Below, piece after piece: positions 1 to 10,499 of a stretch of 64,000 nucleotides of DNA. Location of the stretch: the NCBI GenBank assembly GCA_050250855.1, contig JBFWNW010000004.1:1-64000 (forward strand). The letters are read 5' to 3'. Under the pieces are notes generated by a model. It did no database searches and had not been told where the DNA came from. It saw only the letters and a list, made by a program, of their open reading frames with translations. Numbering within the stretch: position 1 is the stretch's first letter; each line of letters begins with the position of its first letter. Position numbers and translations under genes: made by a program. The DNA is from Candidatus Babeliales bacterium. GTDB taxonomy: Bacteria; Babelota; Babeliae; Babelales; JACPOV01.

Positions 1-38
1 TATAATGATATTGTTTATAATAAATTGGAGGTTTTCTT

Positions 39-1016
39 ATGAAAATTAACTATGTAATATCTATATTTATACTATTTTTAGGGCTAGGAGTATCTGTTTA
101 TGCTTCTGAAAAACAGCCTAAAAAGCTAAGCCAAAACCCCAAGCGTTTTAGTATGATTCCAAGCAAAGCAGAGGATGTACAGGATACAAAGACGCAAAAG
201 GGTCGCAGCTATTCTATTTTAATGAAAGATTTTTTCAAGCAAAAAATGCAGCAGTTGCCATTAGTAAACTATAAAGATCCCAAGGTAGTAAAGCGCTTTT
301 CTAAACCTCAATCTGATAAGCGATGTTCTTTTTGGGATAAAGAAGAAGATCTTACTGTTGAAGCTTTTGATGTAAAAGCGATGCCGATAATTGATTCTGT
401 ATCTGATAGTATTGCTTTAGAATTTGATATGAGCAAGATATGCTCTGGTTCAGATTCAAATAGCAAGAAAAATTTAGCGTATCAAGAGCTTATTAAGGCC
501 TTAAAACAGATAGCACCTTCTATAACAATTGATGAAGGACAAAAAGCACTTGGCTTGCTTATGGTAAAAGGCAAAGATGTATATAATATTAATTTTAAAG
601 TTTTACCTTGTATTCTGGCTATTAAAAAAGGTTCAGAATATACAAAAGATCGTGAAGCTCTTATATCATTGATAACTAAAAATTTACCCTATATAGATGT
701 TGAACTATTGGTAAATTTATTTATTGATCAAGGAATGTCTTTTGATGAAATTATTAAGAAATTAAATAAAGATCTTACTGATATTCAAAGCATTTATAAC
801 AAAATAAAAAGTGAACGAGAACAAGAAAAAAAAGAAATAAAAACAGAACTTCGTCCTATTCTATTTAAACAGATGAAAGAATTTCTATTACAAGAAATAG
901 TTGGAAAAGCAGAAGGAAAATTAGGTATTTCCACCAAACAAGAAGTAGTAGAAAAAACATTAGACGATCTTTCGATGAGCTCAATGAGTGGGTTCAGTGA
1001 TGTTGAGGATGAATAA
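39..1016 (+). CDS. hypothetical secreted protein
   Basis: 325-aa ORF, GGAGG RBS, hydrophobic signal peptide ending VYA; no recognisable domain. Confidence 0.75.
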   Translation: MKINYVISIFILFLGLGVSVYASEKQPKKLSQNPKRFSMIPSKAEDVQDTKTQKGRSYSILMKDFFKQKMQQLPLVNYKDPKVVKRFSKPQSDKRCSFWDKEEDLTVEAFDVKAMPIIDSVSDSIALEFDMSKICSGSDSNSKKNLAYQELIKALKQIAPSITIDEGQKALGLLMVKGKDVYNINFKVLPCILAIKKGSEYTKDREALISLITKNLPYIDVELLVNLFIDQGMSFDEIIKKLNKDLTDIQSIYNKIKSEREQEKKEIKTELRPILFKQMKEFLLQEIVGKAEGKLGISTKQEVVEKTLDDLSMSSMSGFSDVEDE

Positions 1017-1068
1017 AGAAAATTGGATAATTTAGAATAATGTATACTGCTGATATTATCTGAAAAGC

Positions 1069-1101
1069 AATAAGGCCACCATTAAAACGTGGCCTTTATT
1101 A
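1069..1101. terminator. bidirectional intrinsic terminator
   Basis: aataaggccac-cattaaaac-gtggcctttatt hairpin between convergent genes. Confidence 0.65.
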
Positions 1102-1102
1102 T

Positions 1103-1990
1103 TTATTCAGCAAGAAGATTATCAATATATTCTTGCGCATTAAAGTGCTTAAGCTGATCTTCTTTTTCACCAAAGCTCATAAAGTAAACGGGAAGGCCAA
1201 GTTCTTGGCTGATAGCAAAGACGATGCCGCCTTTGCCGGTGCCATCCATTTTAGTAAGTACAATCCCATCAAGTTCAGTAGCTTCATGAAATAAACGTGC
1301 TTGTTCAAATGAATTTTGACCAAGCATAGCATCAACCGTAAGGAGGGTGCAAATTTTTGCTTCAGGCAGCTGTTTTTGTATAATGCGTTTTAATTTAGCC
1401 AATTCTTGCATTAAATTTACTTTTGTTTGCAATCGGCCTGCAGTATCAATAATGAGCGTATCATACGCTTTTTGCTTGTACTGAGAACATGCTTCAAAAA
1501 CAACCGCGCCAGGATCTTTTGCTTGTGAGCCCGTTATAACAGGAATATTGAGTTTTGTACCCCATTGTACGAGTTGCTCTGTTGCGGCTGCACGGAACGT
1601 ATCACCTGCAGCAAGAAGCACTTTTTTATTAGCTTTAAGCAAGGAATGGGCAAGTTTGGCACAAAAGGTTGTTTTACCACTGCCGTTAATGCCAACAAGC
1701 AGATAAACTTCAGCTTCAGGTTTTTCTGTAGGTTTGATACTAGCAAGGAGTTCCTGCGCTAGAGCCTCTTTTAAATCAGAACCCTGTTTGAGCAAGCCTT
1801 TCTGAAACTGCTCCTGTAGCGCATCTAAAATTCGCTTTGTTGTTTTTACGCCCGTATCGGCCTCGATAAGAATTTTTTCCAATTCCTTAAGCGTTTGGTT
1901 ATCGATATTCTTTTGTGTAAAAAGAGAGCCTATTTTATTGGTAAAGGTTGCGTAAATTGAACTAAAGCTGTTTTTTATAAAATTAAACAT
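1103..1990 (-). CDS. ftsY: SRP receptor GTPase FtsY (NG domain only)
   Basis: GINGSGKTT, DTFRAAA, DTAGRLQ, TKMDGTGKGG motifs. Confidence 0.97.
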   Translation of the reverse strand: MFNFIKNSFSSIYATFTNKIGSLFTQKNIDNQTLKELEKILIEADTGVKTTKRILDALQEQFQKGLLKQGSDLKEALAQELLASIKPTEKPEAEVYLLVGINGSGKTTFCAKLAHSLLKANKKVLLAAGDTFRAAATEQLVQWGTKLNIPVITGSQAKDPGAVVFEACSQYKQKAYDTLIIDTAGRLQTKVNLMQELAKLKRIIQKQLPEAKICTLLTVDAMLGQNSFEQARLFHEATELDGIVLTKMDGTGKGGIVFAISQELGLPVYFMSFGEKEDQLKHFNAQEYIDNLLAE

Positions 1991-2067
1991 GGAATTCCTG
2001 CTAAAAAATAATCAGTTTTTCTTCTTAATATAGTGTATAGTAAGTGTGATTGCTTGAAAAGGGTTGG

Positions 2068-2961
2068 TTATCTAAAAAAGTGATGGAAGAGCCATTGAAA
2101 GCCTAAAGTAAGGGTGGCGCACCCGAGGCCGATAAGGCAGGTTTGTTGTTTGGTAAACATGGTTGCTAAAGCTATATTTTTTTGTTCTAAGTTTTTTTGT
2201 GTTTCCCCTAGTTGCTGGTTGAGCAAAGTTTTCTCTTGTTCTAGTTGAGTAGTCTTTTTAGTTAATTTTTTGTTTGATTTTTGCAGCTTTTTAATCTCTT
2301 TTTTTTGTTCTATTTCTTTATAAATATGAGGAAGCTCTTGTTCCAATATAGTTAAGAGGTAGCTATTTTCAATTTCAACATTATGAAGACTTTTTCCTAA
2401 AGTTTTTAGAAGTAATGAAATTTGCTCTCTATTTTCTTGATAGACCTCAAGAGTTTTACAGGCTTTGTTAAAATTTTGATGCAAAGTATCATATGCCATA
2501 GTTTGTTGTTGTAGAGTATAAAATTTTTCAAAAAAAGAGGTAGATTTTTTGGCGCGACTTCGTACGACATTTTCAATGAGATTCCAAGCAATAAACGTTT
2601 TTTCTGAATCTTGTATGATAAATTCAGTGTTAGCTATTTCTTGTATGTAATCGCTGAGCCCACCTTCTTCATCTGGTAAGCTTGTTATGAATAGTACCTG
2701 ATTTTTGCTTGGCAAAGTATTGAGTATAGAAAATAATCCGTATTGATTATTGGGTATAGTTCCTGTGGTAGCGCATGAATATTTATTTGATTTTTTACGC
2801 ATTGTTGCAGGTGAACTAGTAATGCACTTACTTAGATAGTCATTGAAGCTTGAAGAACGGGGTCTACCAATTTTATTTTTGAGTAATTGATGATTATCCA
2901 TTCCCCTTAGTATAGGAGCCATAAAAAAAATGATACTAATGATCTGTTTATGATTTTTCAT
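2068..2961 (-). CDS. hypothetical signal-peptide, coiled-coil, C-terminal TM protein
   Basis: N-terminal signal, coiled-coil, C-tail KQQTCLIGLGCATLTLGFQWLF; paralog of 3772..4575. Confidence 0.75.
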   Translation of the reverse strand: MKNHKQIISIIFFMAPILRGMDNHQLLKNKIGRPRSSSFNDYLSKCITSSPATMRKKSNKYSCATTGTIPNNQYGLFSILNTLPSKNQVLFITSLPDEEGGLSDYIQEIANTEFIIQDSEKTFIAWNLIENVVRSRAKKSTSFFEKFYTLQQQTMAYDTLHQNFNKACKTLEVYQENREQISLLLKTLGKSLHNVEIENSYLLTILEQELPHIYKEIEQKKEIKKLQKSNKKLTKKTTQLEQEKTLLNQQLGETQKNLEQKNIALATMFTKQQTCLIGLGCATLTLGFQWLFHHFFR

Positions 2962-2984
2962 TAAATAGCTTTAATAATTAGGTG

Positions 2985-3587
2985 CTAAAGAGATTTTTGT
3001 ATCATGGGTTCAATACGTTGCAAGAAAAGTTTGAGTCTTCGGTAATCATTGCCACTCAGTAAAGAGAGTGTTTCTATAAAATGCTCTACTTTTTCTTTTG
3101 TTAAGATAGTATGCGTTGTCATATTTTTCAAGAGCGCCAGCAAAAGTTCATCAAGATTGCTTATTTGTTGTGAAAAACCAAACAAAAGATGTAAATAATG
3201 ATGCGAGTTAAAAAATTGGCGGTGTAGTTCTGGCGTTGCATGTTCAACAAATGCATGAATTTTTGGGGGCTCTGGTGCGCATTGATACGTAATAGTGCCA
3301 TCTTGCAGATAGCCGACTATTAAACATGAAAATGTAGTTTTTAAAAATTCAAAGATTTGCGGTTGTTCTGCTAAAAGTTCTTCTTCTGTTTTTTGATATG
3401 CAAATGGTTGGCGCGCAGGATCCATGGTGCCAGTTTGAACATGATGTACAATGCCAAATAAAATGCGTTTTTCAGTTTTTATGGTAACCAGTGAGCCAAA
3501 TTGAGGAAAATAGTTCCATTGCCAGCTTTGCGCAAGCCAACCGGTTAGCGAACTTTCAATAACTTCAGCAAAAGATTGTGTATGCAT
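2985..3587 (-). CDS. HAS-barrel domain protein
   Basis: AEVIESSLT...PQFGSLV...EEELLAEQPQIFEFLKTTF...PEPPKIHAFV pattern typical of standalone HAS-barrel proteins. Confidence 0.65.
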   Translation of the reverse strand: MHTQSFAEVIESSLTGWLAQSWQWNYFPQFGSLVTIKTEKRILFGIVHHVQTGTMDPARQPFAYQKTEEELLAEQPQIFEFLKTTFSCLIVGYLQDGTITYQCAPEPPKIHAFVEHATPELHRQFFNSHHYLHLLFGFSQQISNLDELLLALLKNMTTHTILTKEKVEHFIETLSLLSGNDYRRLKLFLQRIEPMIQKSL

Positions 3588-3604
3588 AGTTTTTACGTTT
3601 TTTG

Positions 3605-3720
3605 CCGTTCGTACCCTTCGACAAGCTCAGGGCGAACGGAATAAAAACGTTAGCATATAAAGCCGTTCGTGCTGAGCTTGTCGAAGCATTCGAACGGTAA
3701 TTAATAATTTATGAGTAAGT
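3605..3720. repeat. palindromic REP/MITE-like element, family A
   Basis: ccgttcgtacccttcgacaagctcagggcgaacgg ... ccgttcgtgctgagcttgtcgaagcattcgaacgg followed by taataatttatgagtaagt; recurs several times in the window. Confidence 0.85.
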
Positions 3721-3771
3721 TCTTAATGATTAAGTGTATAGCAAGTTGAAGGTATTGAGAAGTGCTCTACT

Positions 3772-4575
3772 TTATTTGAAGATATAATTAAAAAGTAATT
3801 GAGCACAAAAAGTAACAGTTACACATCCCATGCCGATTAGGCACGTTTGTTTTTTGCTGAACATGGTTGATAAAACCTTTTCTTGCTCAGTATTCTTTTG
3901 GTTTAATTCTGCAAGCTTTTTTTCTGCATGATCAAAAATTGATTCTATTAACAGTTGGTGTTGATCAAATATGGGAACTGTTTGTTCTTGTTGTTTTTGA
4001 TTACAATCCAATTGTGCCAAGCCAATTAATGGTGCTAAATGAGGGTGAGTAGAGCTCAGCTCATCAAAGTTAAGAATGTTTTCAGATGCAAATTCTAATC
4101 GTTGTGCTATGAGCTGCTCAAGAGCTACCAGATTAAATACGAGATTATTGTTTTTTTTCAAAAAGCATTCTGTTTTCGATATGTTTTTTATATAGTTTTC
4201 TTTATTGTTTTCGCCCAGGCAGGTAATTACTTGTAATGTATGAGAATCTGGCCAGTATCCCTGTGTTACATCAAAGAGGGTGAACCATTCTTGAGGTGGT
4301 ATGTACTCAGATGACTGTGTTATTTTTCCCACGTTATATTTAATATTATTTTTTGGATTTCTTGGCGAAAGTATAGGTGATTGATTGCCTCTTTGCTGTT
4401 GTCCACTAGCAAGATCTTGAACAATTTGATTTAAGCTTGAAGTTCGGCCAGTTTGTTTAAGAGTTTGTTTGAGATCAAACCATTTAGGTTTAGGGTTAGC
4501 AGTTGTAGGTTTTGTTTCTTCCATACTGTGCATGTTGTAACTAATACATAAAAGTAAAACTATTTTTTTATTCAT
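3772..4575 (-). CDS. hypothetical signal-peptide protein with C-terminal TM
   Basis: Start MNKKIVLLLC; C-tail KKQTCLIGMGCVTVTFCAQLLF; paralog of 2068..2961. Confidence 0.75.
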   Translation of the reverse strand: MNKKIVLLLCISYNMHSMEETKPTTANPKPKWFDLKQTLKQTGRTSSLNQIVQDLASGQQQRGNQSPILSPRNPKNNIKYNVGKITQSSEYIPPQEWFTLFDVTQGYWPDSHTLQVITCLGENNKENYIKNISKTECFLKKNNNLVFNLVALEQLIAQRLEFASENILNFDELSSTHPHLAPLIGLAQLDCNQKQQEQTVPIFDQHQLLIESIFDHAEKKLAELNQKNTEQEKVLSTMFSKKQTCLIGMGCVTVTFCAQLLFNYIFK

Positions 4576-4713
4576 AACGGTACACTCCAATTATATTTTT
4601 ATAAAAGATGTTACCATTACCATAATAAATTTATCGTCCAAATAGAAATAAAGTTAAGCGATAGGGTGATTTTTTGCTTAAATAATGCGCGTATTGCTTT
4701 TTATTTTTTATGG

Positions 4714-5421
4714 TTAAATAATTTCAGGCAATATGGTTGAGTTTGGCTGCCCAAACAAAGTCATTTGTTGCTGGTTGCTACTTTTTTGCTCCAAGAAGCT
4801 GTGGCGATGAAGTAAAGAAAATCCGTGCTGAGAAAGGGCGTCTTGATGTATTTTTGTGCCGTAGCCCTTATGTTGGGCTAAGCTATAGGCCGGAAAGAGG
4901 GGGCTTATCCTCTGCATAAGAGAATCTCTGGTAACTTTAGCAATAATGGAAGCAGCTGCTATAGAGCTTGATTTTTGCTCCCCTGAGGTAAAATGAAAAA
5001 TATCGATATCTTCATATGCTGTTTTGGCCAAGGAAAGGGGCATAGCATCAATTATTACTTTTGAAGGCCTCAGAGGGCATTTTGCCAAAAGGTGCATAAG
5101 GGCTCGTTTCATGGCCTTAAGAGAAGCATGATAGATATTAAGCCTATCTACTTCCTGAGTACTGGCCATTCCCCAGGCATAATAGCTATTTTTTACAAGC
5201 CAGCTATAGCCTTTCTGAAGTTCCTCTGGGCCAAGGAGTTTTGAGTCCTTGAGAAGCCTACTTTTCTTATTTGGCAATAAAATTACTGCCGCAGCCACGA
5301 CGGGTCCTGCCAGGCAGCCCCTGCCAACTTCATCGATACCTACCAAAACTTGACCGTGTTTCCAGGTTAAATCCTCAAAATAATCCTTATTGAATCTATT
5401 TTTATAGGAGATTGTGGCCAT
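4714..5421 (-). CDS. rnhB: ribonuclease HII
   Basis: GIDEVGRGCLAGPV, KDSK, SIAAASIIAKVTRD, HKGYGT motifs. Confidence 0.97.
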   Translation of the reverse strand: MATISYKNRFNKDYFEDLTWKHGQVLVGIDEVGRGCLAGPVVAAAVILLPNKKSRLLKDSKLLGPEELQKGYSWLVKNSYYAWGMASTQEVDRLNIYHASLKAMKRALMHLLAKCPLRPSKVIIDAMPLSLAKTAYEDIDIFHFTSGEQKSSSIAAASIIAKVTRDSLMQRISPLFPAYSLAQHKGYGTKIHQDALSQHGFSLLHRHSFLEQKSSNQQQMTLFGQPNSTILPEII

Positions 5422-5437
5422 AGGCTTATTTTTCCAT

Positions 5438-5465
5438 TTGACAAGAATATTTAATCGTGTACAAT
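5438..5465 (+). promoter_or_regulatory. sigma70-like promoter of the XRE/S24 gene
   Basis: TTGACA-16 nt-TACAAT upstream of an AGGAG RBS. Confidence 0.55.
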
Positions 5466-5531
5466 TAGAATTAATTATAGATGTTTAACCATACTATCAT
5501 ATTCAAGTAAAAATAGTAAGAGGAGCTCACT

Positions 5532-6206
5532 ATGTCTTCTTCAACAGAATTGCGAGTAAAAGAGTTACTCAGAGAAAAAGGTTGGACGACCAAGATATTG
5601 GCCGAAAAAACTGGGATGTCTGAAAGCTATTTGACGCACATAAAAAATGGAACAAGGCGCTGGAATGAAGATTCTTTGCGTAAATTGGCCAATGCTTTTG
5701 AAATAAGTCCTGTTGACTTATTTGCACAGCGCAAGCAACGCACTGATAACATTGACAACAATGTAAGCTTGCCAGAAAATTCTAATGTTGAACTTAAGGT
5801 TCAAATCGTACCGGTTGTAGGTGAAATTCCTGCAAACCCTTCTCCTTATAATAACCAGCTTATGCAAGTCACAAGCGGTCATAAGGATGAATTTGTTCCT
5901 GTTTTAAATGCTAATGATGCCGCTATGTTTGCATTTTCAATTGAAAGTAATACAATGGCACCTAATTTTATTAAGGGTGACGTTTTGATTATTTCTCCTG
6001 AAATGTGGACTCGCTCAGGTGATATCGCTGCCGTAGAATATGGTAACGATACCGTAGTGCGCTCTATTATGCAGGTAACCTATACTGAAGACTTTATAGT
6101 CTTAGAATCGGTTAACCATAAGCAGGCTCCGGTAGCCTTGATACGAGGCAAAGACCACTTCCGCGTTATAGGTCGTGTTGTTGCTCGCCATCAAAAGCTT
6201 GTGTAA
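5532..6206 (+). CDS. XRE-family HTH regulator with degenerate S24 (LexA/CI-like) C-terminal domain
   Basis: Cro/CI HTH (LAEKTGMSESYLTHIKNG); C-terminal VPVVGEI..GDVLII..VLESVN..RVIGRVV. Confidence 0.85.
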   Translation: MSSSTELRVKELLREKGWTTKILAEKTGMSESYLTHIKNGTRRWNEDSLRKLANAFEISPVDLFAQRKQRTDNIDNNVSLPENSNVELKVQIVPVVGEIPANPSPYNNQLMQVTSGHKDEFVPVLNANDAAMFAFSIESNTMAPNFIKGDVLIISPEMWTRSGDIAAVEYGNDTVVRSIMQVTYTEDFIVLESVNHKQAPVALIRGKDHFRVIGRVVARHQKLV

Positions 6207-6211
6207 ATTTT

Positions 6212-6276
6212 AAAGCGCTTCCAGGGAGAGCTTTACCTCAGGTAGGGCTTTTTACGGGGAGCGCTTTTGCTTTTTT
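6212..6276 (+). terminator. intrinsic terminator hairpin
   Basis: aaagcgcttcc...ggggagcgcttt stem followed by a T-run. Confidence 0.6.
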
Positions 6277-6412
6277 GGGCAAAAACTAGTAATTTAGGCT
6301 GTTTTTGCTATAATCATTTCTAGGAAGCACATTTCGTGTGCTTTTTTGTGTCTAAATAAAACATTGTTTTATAATGCACCTTGAGTGCATTTCCATTTAG
6401 TAGAGGGTCTTC

Positions 6413-6883
6413 ATGATCAAATATGAAACGCTTATTCTTGCTACGCCAGAGATCACTAAAGATGAGTCTTCTGCGCTAGAAACACAATATGAGCGTGCTG
6501 TTAAAGACAACAAAGGGGCATTGGTATCCTTTGAGCGTTGGGGTAAGTACAGACTTGCCTATCCTATCAGAAATAACGATTACGGCGTTTATTTCCTTTC
6601 TCGCTTTCAGGCAGAGGGAGCAGATGTTAATGCTATAATGAAAGAACTAGATTCTTTATTTAAGCTAAAATTGCCTCACGTTGTTATGCGTTTTATGAAT
6701 AGCAATTTAGGTTCAAAAACGTTTACCTATCAAAAACCAGAATCTCTTGAAGATATTCCAACACAAGATGTTGATACATTCTTGCGCGAGAATAAAATGG
6801 AAGGCTTGATAAAACCAGGTTCTTCTAGGGCAGATAAAGCTGCTGCAGTTCAAGAAAATGACTTTGAAAGCGATGAGGACTAA
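6413..6883 (+). CDS. rpsF: 30S ribosomal protein S6
   Basis: [26 protein letters not shown]; acidic tail. Confidence 0.95.
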   Translation: MIKYETLILATPEITKDESSALETQYERAVKDNKGALVSFERWGKYRLAYPIRNNDYGVYFLSRFQAEGADVNAIMKELDSLFKLKLPHVVMRFMNSNLGSKTFTYQKPESLEDIPTQDVDTFLRENKMEGLIKPGSSRADKAAAVQENDFESDED

Positions 6884-6887
6884 TCTT

Positions 6888-7187
6888 ATGATGAAAAATA
6901 AAGTTTCAAAATTAAAAGTAAGTGGCCGCTTATTGCGTAAAAAAGCTCGTCGCCTCTCTTTTTCTCCTAAAAAACAGTGTCGTTTTTGTGGTGCTAAAGG
7001 TGAGCAGCTTGATATCTTGCTTGATTATAAAAACGTTCCTGTATTGAAGGCCTTTTTGACTGAGCGTGGGAAAATTCTTCCTTCACGTATTTCAGGTGTT
7101 TGTTGCCGTCATCAACGTGAACTATCAAATTCAATTAAGAAATCACGCACTATGGCATTATTGCCGTACTGTGCTTCTGGCTTCTAA
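6888..7187 (+). CDS. rpsR: 30S ribosomal protein S18 (Zn-binding type)
   Basis: [33 protein letters not shown]; start refined to ATG at 6888. Confidence 0.96.
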   Translation: MMKNKVSKLKVSGRLLRKKARRLSFSPKKQCRFCGAKGEQLDILLDYKNVPVLKAFLTERGKILPSRISGVCCRHQRELSNSIKKSRTMALLPYCASGF

Positions 7188-7218
7188 GAGTATCCTACTC
7201 TTTTAAAGATATACTACG

Positions 7219-7267
7219 GTAAGGGGTGAAGGCAGGGTTATTTACCTTGTAGCTACCCCTTACTTTA
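7219..7267 (+). terminator. hairpin after rpsR
   Basis: gtaaggggt...accccttac inverted repeat. Confidence 0.5.
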
Positions 7268-7356
7268 CTATTAGACATTTTTAAAAATTAGATATATGCT
7301 TATAGTATTCAGAAAATAATAATATTTAGGGACTTTTTACATAAAAATGGAAACCA

Positions 7357-9147
7357 ATGGAATCTTCAAAAATACGTAATATAGCTATTATTGCCCATGT
7401 TGACCACGGCAAAACAACCTTGGTTGATAAACTTTTAAGACAAGCAGGTATGCAATTTGATGCTTCTGCCGATCGTGTTATGGACTCAAACGCTCTAGAA
7501 AAAGAGCGTGGTATTACCATTCTAGCAAAGCAAACAGGTATCGATTATAACGGCTATCGCATTAATATTGTTGATACTCCTGGTCACGCTGATTTTGGCG
7601 GTGAAGTTGAGCGTACCTTGCAAATGGTAGAAGGTTTTCTTCTCTTGGTTGACGCTGCTGAAGGTGTATTGCCAGGTACTCGCTTTGTTCTTAAAAAAGC
7701 ATTGGAGCTTAATTTAAGACCAATGGTTTTAATTAATAAAATTGATCGTCCTGATGCTGAAATAGAAAAAACAGAAAGTTCTATTCATGATCTTTTCCTT
7801 GATTATGCAACAAAGGATGAGCAGCTTGATTTTCCTATTCTTTACGGTTCAAGCAAGCTAGGCTTTGTTGGTGATGTGCCAACCGTAAATAGTGGTGATA
7901 TGAGTTTAGCGCTCGATACTATTATTAAAAATGTCCCGGCACCACAATCAAAGGCTGACCATTTACAATTTTTAGTAACAAGTTTGGATCACTCAGATTT
8001 TCTTGGTCTAGTTGCAATTGGCCGCGTTTTTAGCGGAACCATTTCTGTTGGTCAAGATGTTATTTGCTGCAAAGATGACAAAGTAAGTAAGCCAACTCGC
8101 ATAACAAAAATTTATACATTTGAAGGATTGCAACGTAAAGAAGTGCAATCGGCAAGTGCTGGCGATATTATTGCCATAACAGGTTTTAACGAGCCTGTTA
8201 CAATAGGTACTACTATTTGTGAAGTTGATCATGCGTTACCATATCCGTATGTTAAAGTTGATGAACCAACCCTTTCCATTTTTATGTCGGTGAATGATTC
8301 ACCATTTAGCGGTAGAGAAGGTTCTTTATTGACATCTCGTCAAATTAAAGAGCGTCTTGAAAAAGAGCTAAAAACAAACGTTGCGCTTCGTGTTGAACCA
8401 ACTGATTCTCCTGAGACATTCAAGCTTTCTGGTCGTGGGCAATTGCATCTTGGTATTTTATTTGAAAATATGCGCCGTGAAGGTTTTGAGTTTCAACTTT
8501 CTGCACCTGAAGTAATTTTTAAAACTATTGATGGCCAAAAGTGCGAACCTGTTGAATATGTTATTCTTGAAGTTAACAGTGAGCACCAAGGTGTTGTTAT
8601 GGAAAAGCTTGGACCGAAACGCGCTGAGCTCAAACATATGGAGCCATTAAAAAATAATCGTTTACGCATGGAATTTGAAGTGCCATCACGCGGATTACTT
8701 GGTTTTAGAAGTCAATTCTTAACTGATACGCGTGGTACTGGTATTTTTAATACGCAATTCCATGGCTACAAACCGTTCAAAGGTGAAATGACTGCGCGTA
8801 ATAAGGGTGCTATCATTTCTATGGAAGCAGGAACTACAACGGGTTATGCTCTGAATAACGTTCAAGAGCGTGGTGTACTTTTTGTAGCGCCAGGGCAGGC
8901 TGTATATGAGGGACTTATTATTGGTGAAAACAGCCGTGATGAAGATATGGTTGTTAATCCTTGCAAAGGGAAAAAATTAACTAATATGCGTGCTTCTGGT
9001 ACGGATGATGCTATTAAGCTTGAGCCACCTCGTGTTATGGAGCTTGAGCGTTGCATGGAATGGATTTCACCAGACGAACTCATTGAAGTGACGCCACAAA
9101 CTATTCGTTTGCGTAAAAAAGTATTACGTGCTTCTCTAAGAAAATAA
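7357..9147 (+). CDS. typA: translational GTPase TypA/BipA
   Basis: [46 protein letters not shown] motifs. Confidence 0.98.
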   Translation: MESSKIRNIAIIAHVDHGKTTLVDKLLRQAGMQFDASADRVMDSNALEKERGITILAKQTGIDYNGYRINIVDTPGHADFGGEVERTLQMVEGFLLLVDAAEGVLPGTRFVLKKALELNLRPMVLINKIDRPDAEIEKTESSIHDLFLDYATKDEQLDFPILYGSSKLGFVGDVPTVNSGDMSLALDTIIKNVPAPQSKADHLQFLVTSLDHSDFLGLVAIGRVFSGTISVGQDVICCKDDKVSKPTRITKIYTFEGLQRKEVQSASAGDIIAITGFNEPVTIGTTICEVDHALPYPYVKVDEPTLSIFMSVNDSPFSGREGSLLTSRQIKERLEKELKTNVALRVEPTDSPETFKLSGRGQLHLGILFENMRREGFEFQLSAPEVIFKTIDGQKCEPVEYVILEVNSEHQGVVMEKLGPKRAELKHMEPLKNNRLRMEFEVPSRGLLGFRSQFLTDTRGTGIFNTQFHGYKPFKGEMTARNKGAIISMEAGTTTGYALNNVQERGVLFVAPGQAVYEGLIIGENSRDEDMVVNPCKGKKLTNMRASGTDDAIKLEPPRVMELERCMEWISPDELIEVTPQTIRLRKKVLRASLRK

Positions 9148-9153
9148 TCAATT

Positions 9154-9900
9154 ATGAACCGGTATAAGCTTGTTGTTGCCTATGATGGAACCGATTATAC
9201 CGGTTGGCAAATCCAATCACATACACTTTCTATTGCTGCTGTTTTACAAAATAGATTTAAAAAAGTTTTTGGAAAAACAATAAAAATAGTTACCGCATCG
9301 CGTACAGATGCCGGTGTGCATGCATTAGCAAATGTAGTAAGTTTTTCTACTGATCTTGCTATTTCTACAGAAAAAATGATGTTTGCTTGGAATAATGCAT
9401 TGCCAGAAAACATATCTCTTCTTTCATTGCATAAAGTTCATGCTAATTTTCAACCACGCAAGAATGTAAACTACAAAACCTATTGGTATCATGTTTTTAC
9501 CGAACGTCCATTGCCGTTTTTTGCACGCTATGGTTATTATCATTATCAATCTCTAGATATAGAAAAACTAAAAAAAGCTCTAGCAATTTTTGTGGGCAAA
9601 CATGATTTTCGTGCATTTACGTGTGATGAACGAAAAGTAACGGTGCGTACCATTGATAGCATTACGCTTGAATATGTTGCAGAAATAAAGGCTTATCGTA
9701 TTATAGTAAAAGGGCGTAGTTTTTTGCGGCATATGATTAGGCGTATTGTTGGCGCTTGTTTAAAGGTTGCCAGCGATCCGACTTTATCATTAGATTTTTT
9801 ACGTATGGTTTTGGAAAAAAAAGACCCTAATCATTGGCTGCCAAATGCGCCAGCTCAAGGATTGACATTGCACAGCATACTGTATGAACATAACTCTTAA
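9154..9900 (+). CDS. truA: tRNA pseudouridine(38-40) synthase
   Basis: AYDGTDYTGWQ, RTDAGVHA, HDFRAF, FLRHMIR, APAQGL motifs. Confidence 0.96.
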   Translation: MNRYKLVVAYDGTDYTGWQIQSHTLSIAAVLQNRFKKVFGKTIKIVTASRTDAGVHALANVVSFSTDLAISTEKMMFAWNNALPENISLLSLHKVHANFQPRKNVNYKTYWYHVFTERPLPFFARYGYYHYQSLDIEKLKKALAIFVGKHDFRAFTCDERKVTVRTIDSITLEYVAEIKAYRIIVKGRSFLRHMIRRIVGACLKVASDPTLSLDFLRMVLEKKDPNHWLPNAPAQGLTLHSILYEHNS

Positions 9901-9914
9901 AGGAGAAATGTAGT

Positions 9915-10499
9915 ATGAAAATAGTTCAGCTGTTCAGTATATTTTTTATAACATGTTCATTGTTTGCTCAGGATTTTGAAGATTTTGTCGTAATCGGTGA
10001 AGGTCTTAATGATTTTGAATTGGTTGAACGTGGAGAAATTAAAGAAATTAAGCCTGTCGAAAATATAGAAGATAATTTTCATACTATTGATGGAACAGGT
10101 GAAGTGACACGTTATCTATTAAATCTACTTAAAGCAAGTGATGGTAATTTGTATTATGATTCTTATTTGGAACAGTGGACAAATAAGGCTTTAAATCGTT
10201 GGTTTTTTATTAGTACAAAAGAAATATCCGTTGGGGGAAGCTCTGATTTCTCAAAAGAAGCATTATCAAAGTCAGATTGCTTAAATCTTATAACAACTAT
10301 ATATGACGTTGAAGATACTCAACAAGTATACTTTAAATTAGTAACCGCATTTAAAAATGATCTTGCATCCTTGCAACAACAAAAAAGCAGGGGCGATGAT
10401 TTAGACCCATACACTAAATACTGTCAAGAAGGCAATGTGGTTTGTTTTACTACACGGTATCCTTTAATGGAATATCAAAAATTGTTAAACACTAAATGA
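9915..10499 (+). CDS. hypothetical secreted protein
   Basis: AGGAG RBS, signal peptide ending SLFA. Confidence 0.7.
   Translation: MKIVQLFSIFFITCSLFAQDFEDFVVIGEGLNDFELVERGEIKEIKPVENIEDNFHTIDGTGEVTRYLLNLLKASDGNLYYDSYLEQWTNKALNRWFFISTKEISVGGSSDFSKEALSKSDCLNLITTIYDVEDTQQVYFKLVTAFKNDLASLQQQKSRGDDLDPYTKYCQEGNVVCFTTRYPLMEYQKLLNTK

Noticed and set aside
5532..6206. Prophage marked by a CI-like repressor
   Set aside because: Flanked by rnhB and rpsF with no phage genes.
6370..6412. Hairpin aatgcac-cttga-gtgcatt before rpsF as an S6:S18 autoregulatory leader
   Set aside because: The position fits, but the conserved motif could not be matched convincingly by eye.
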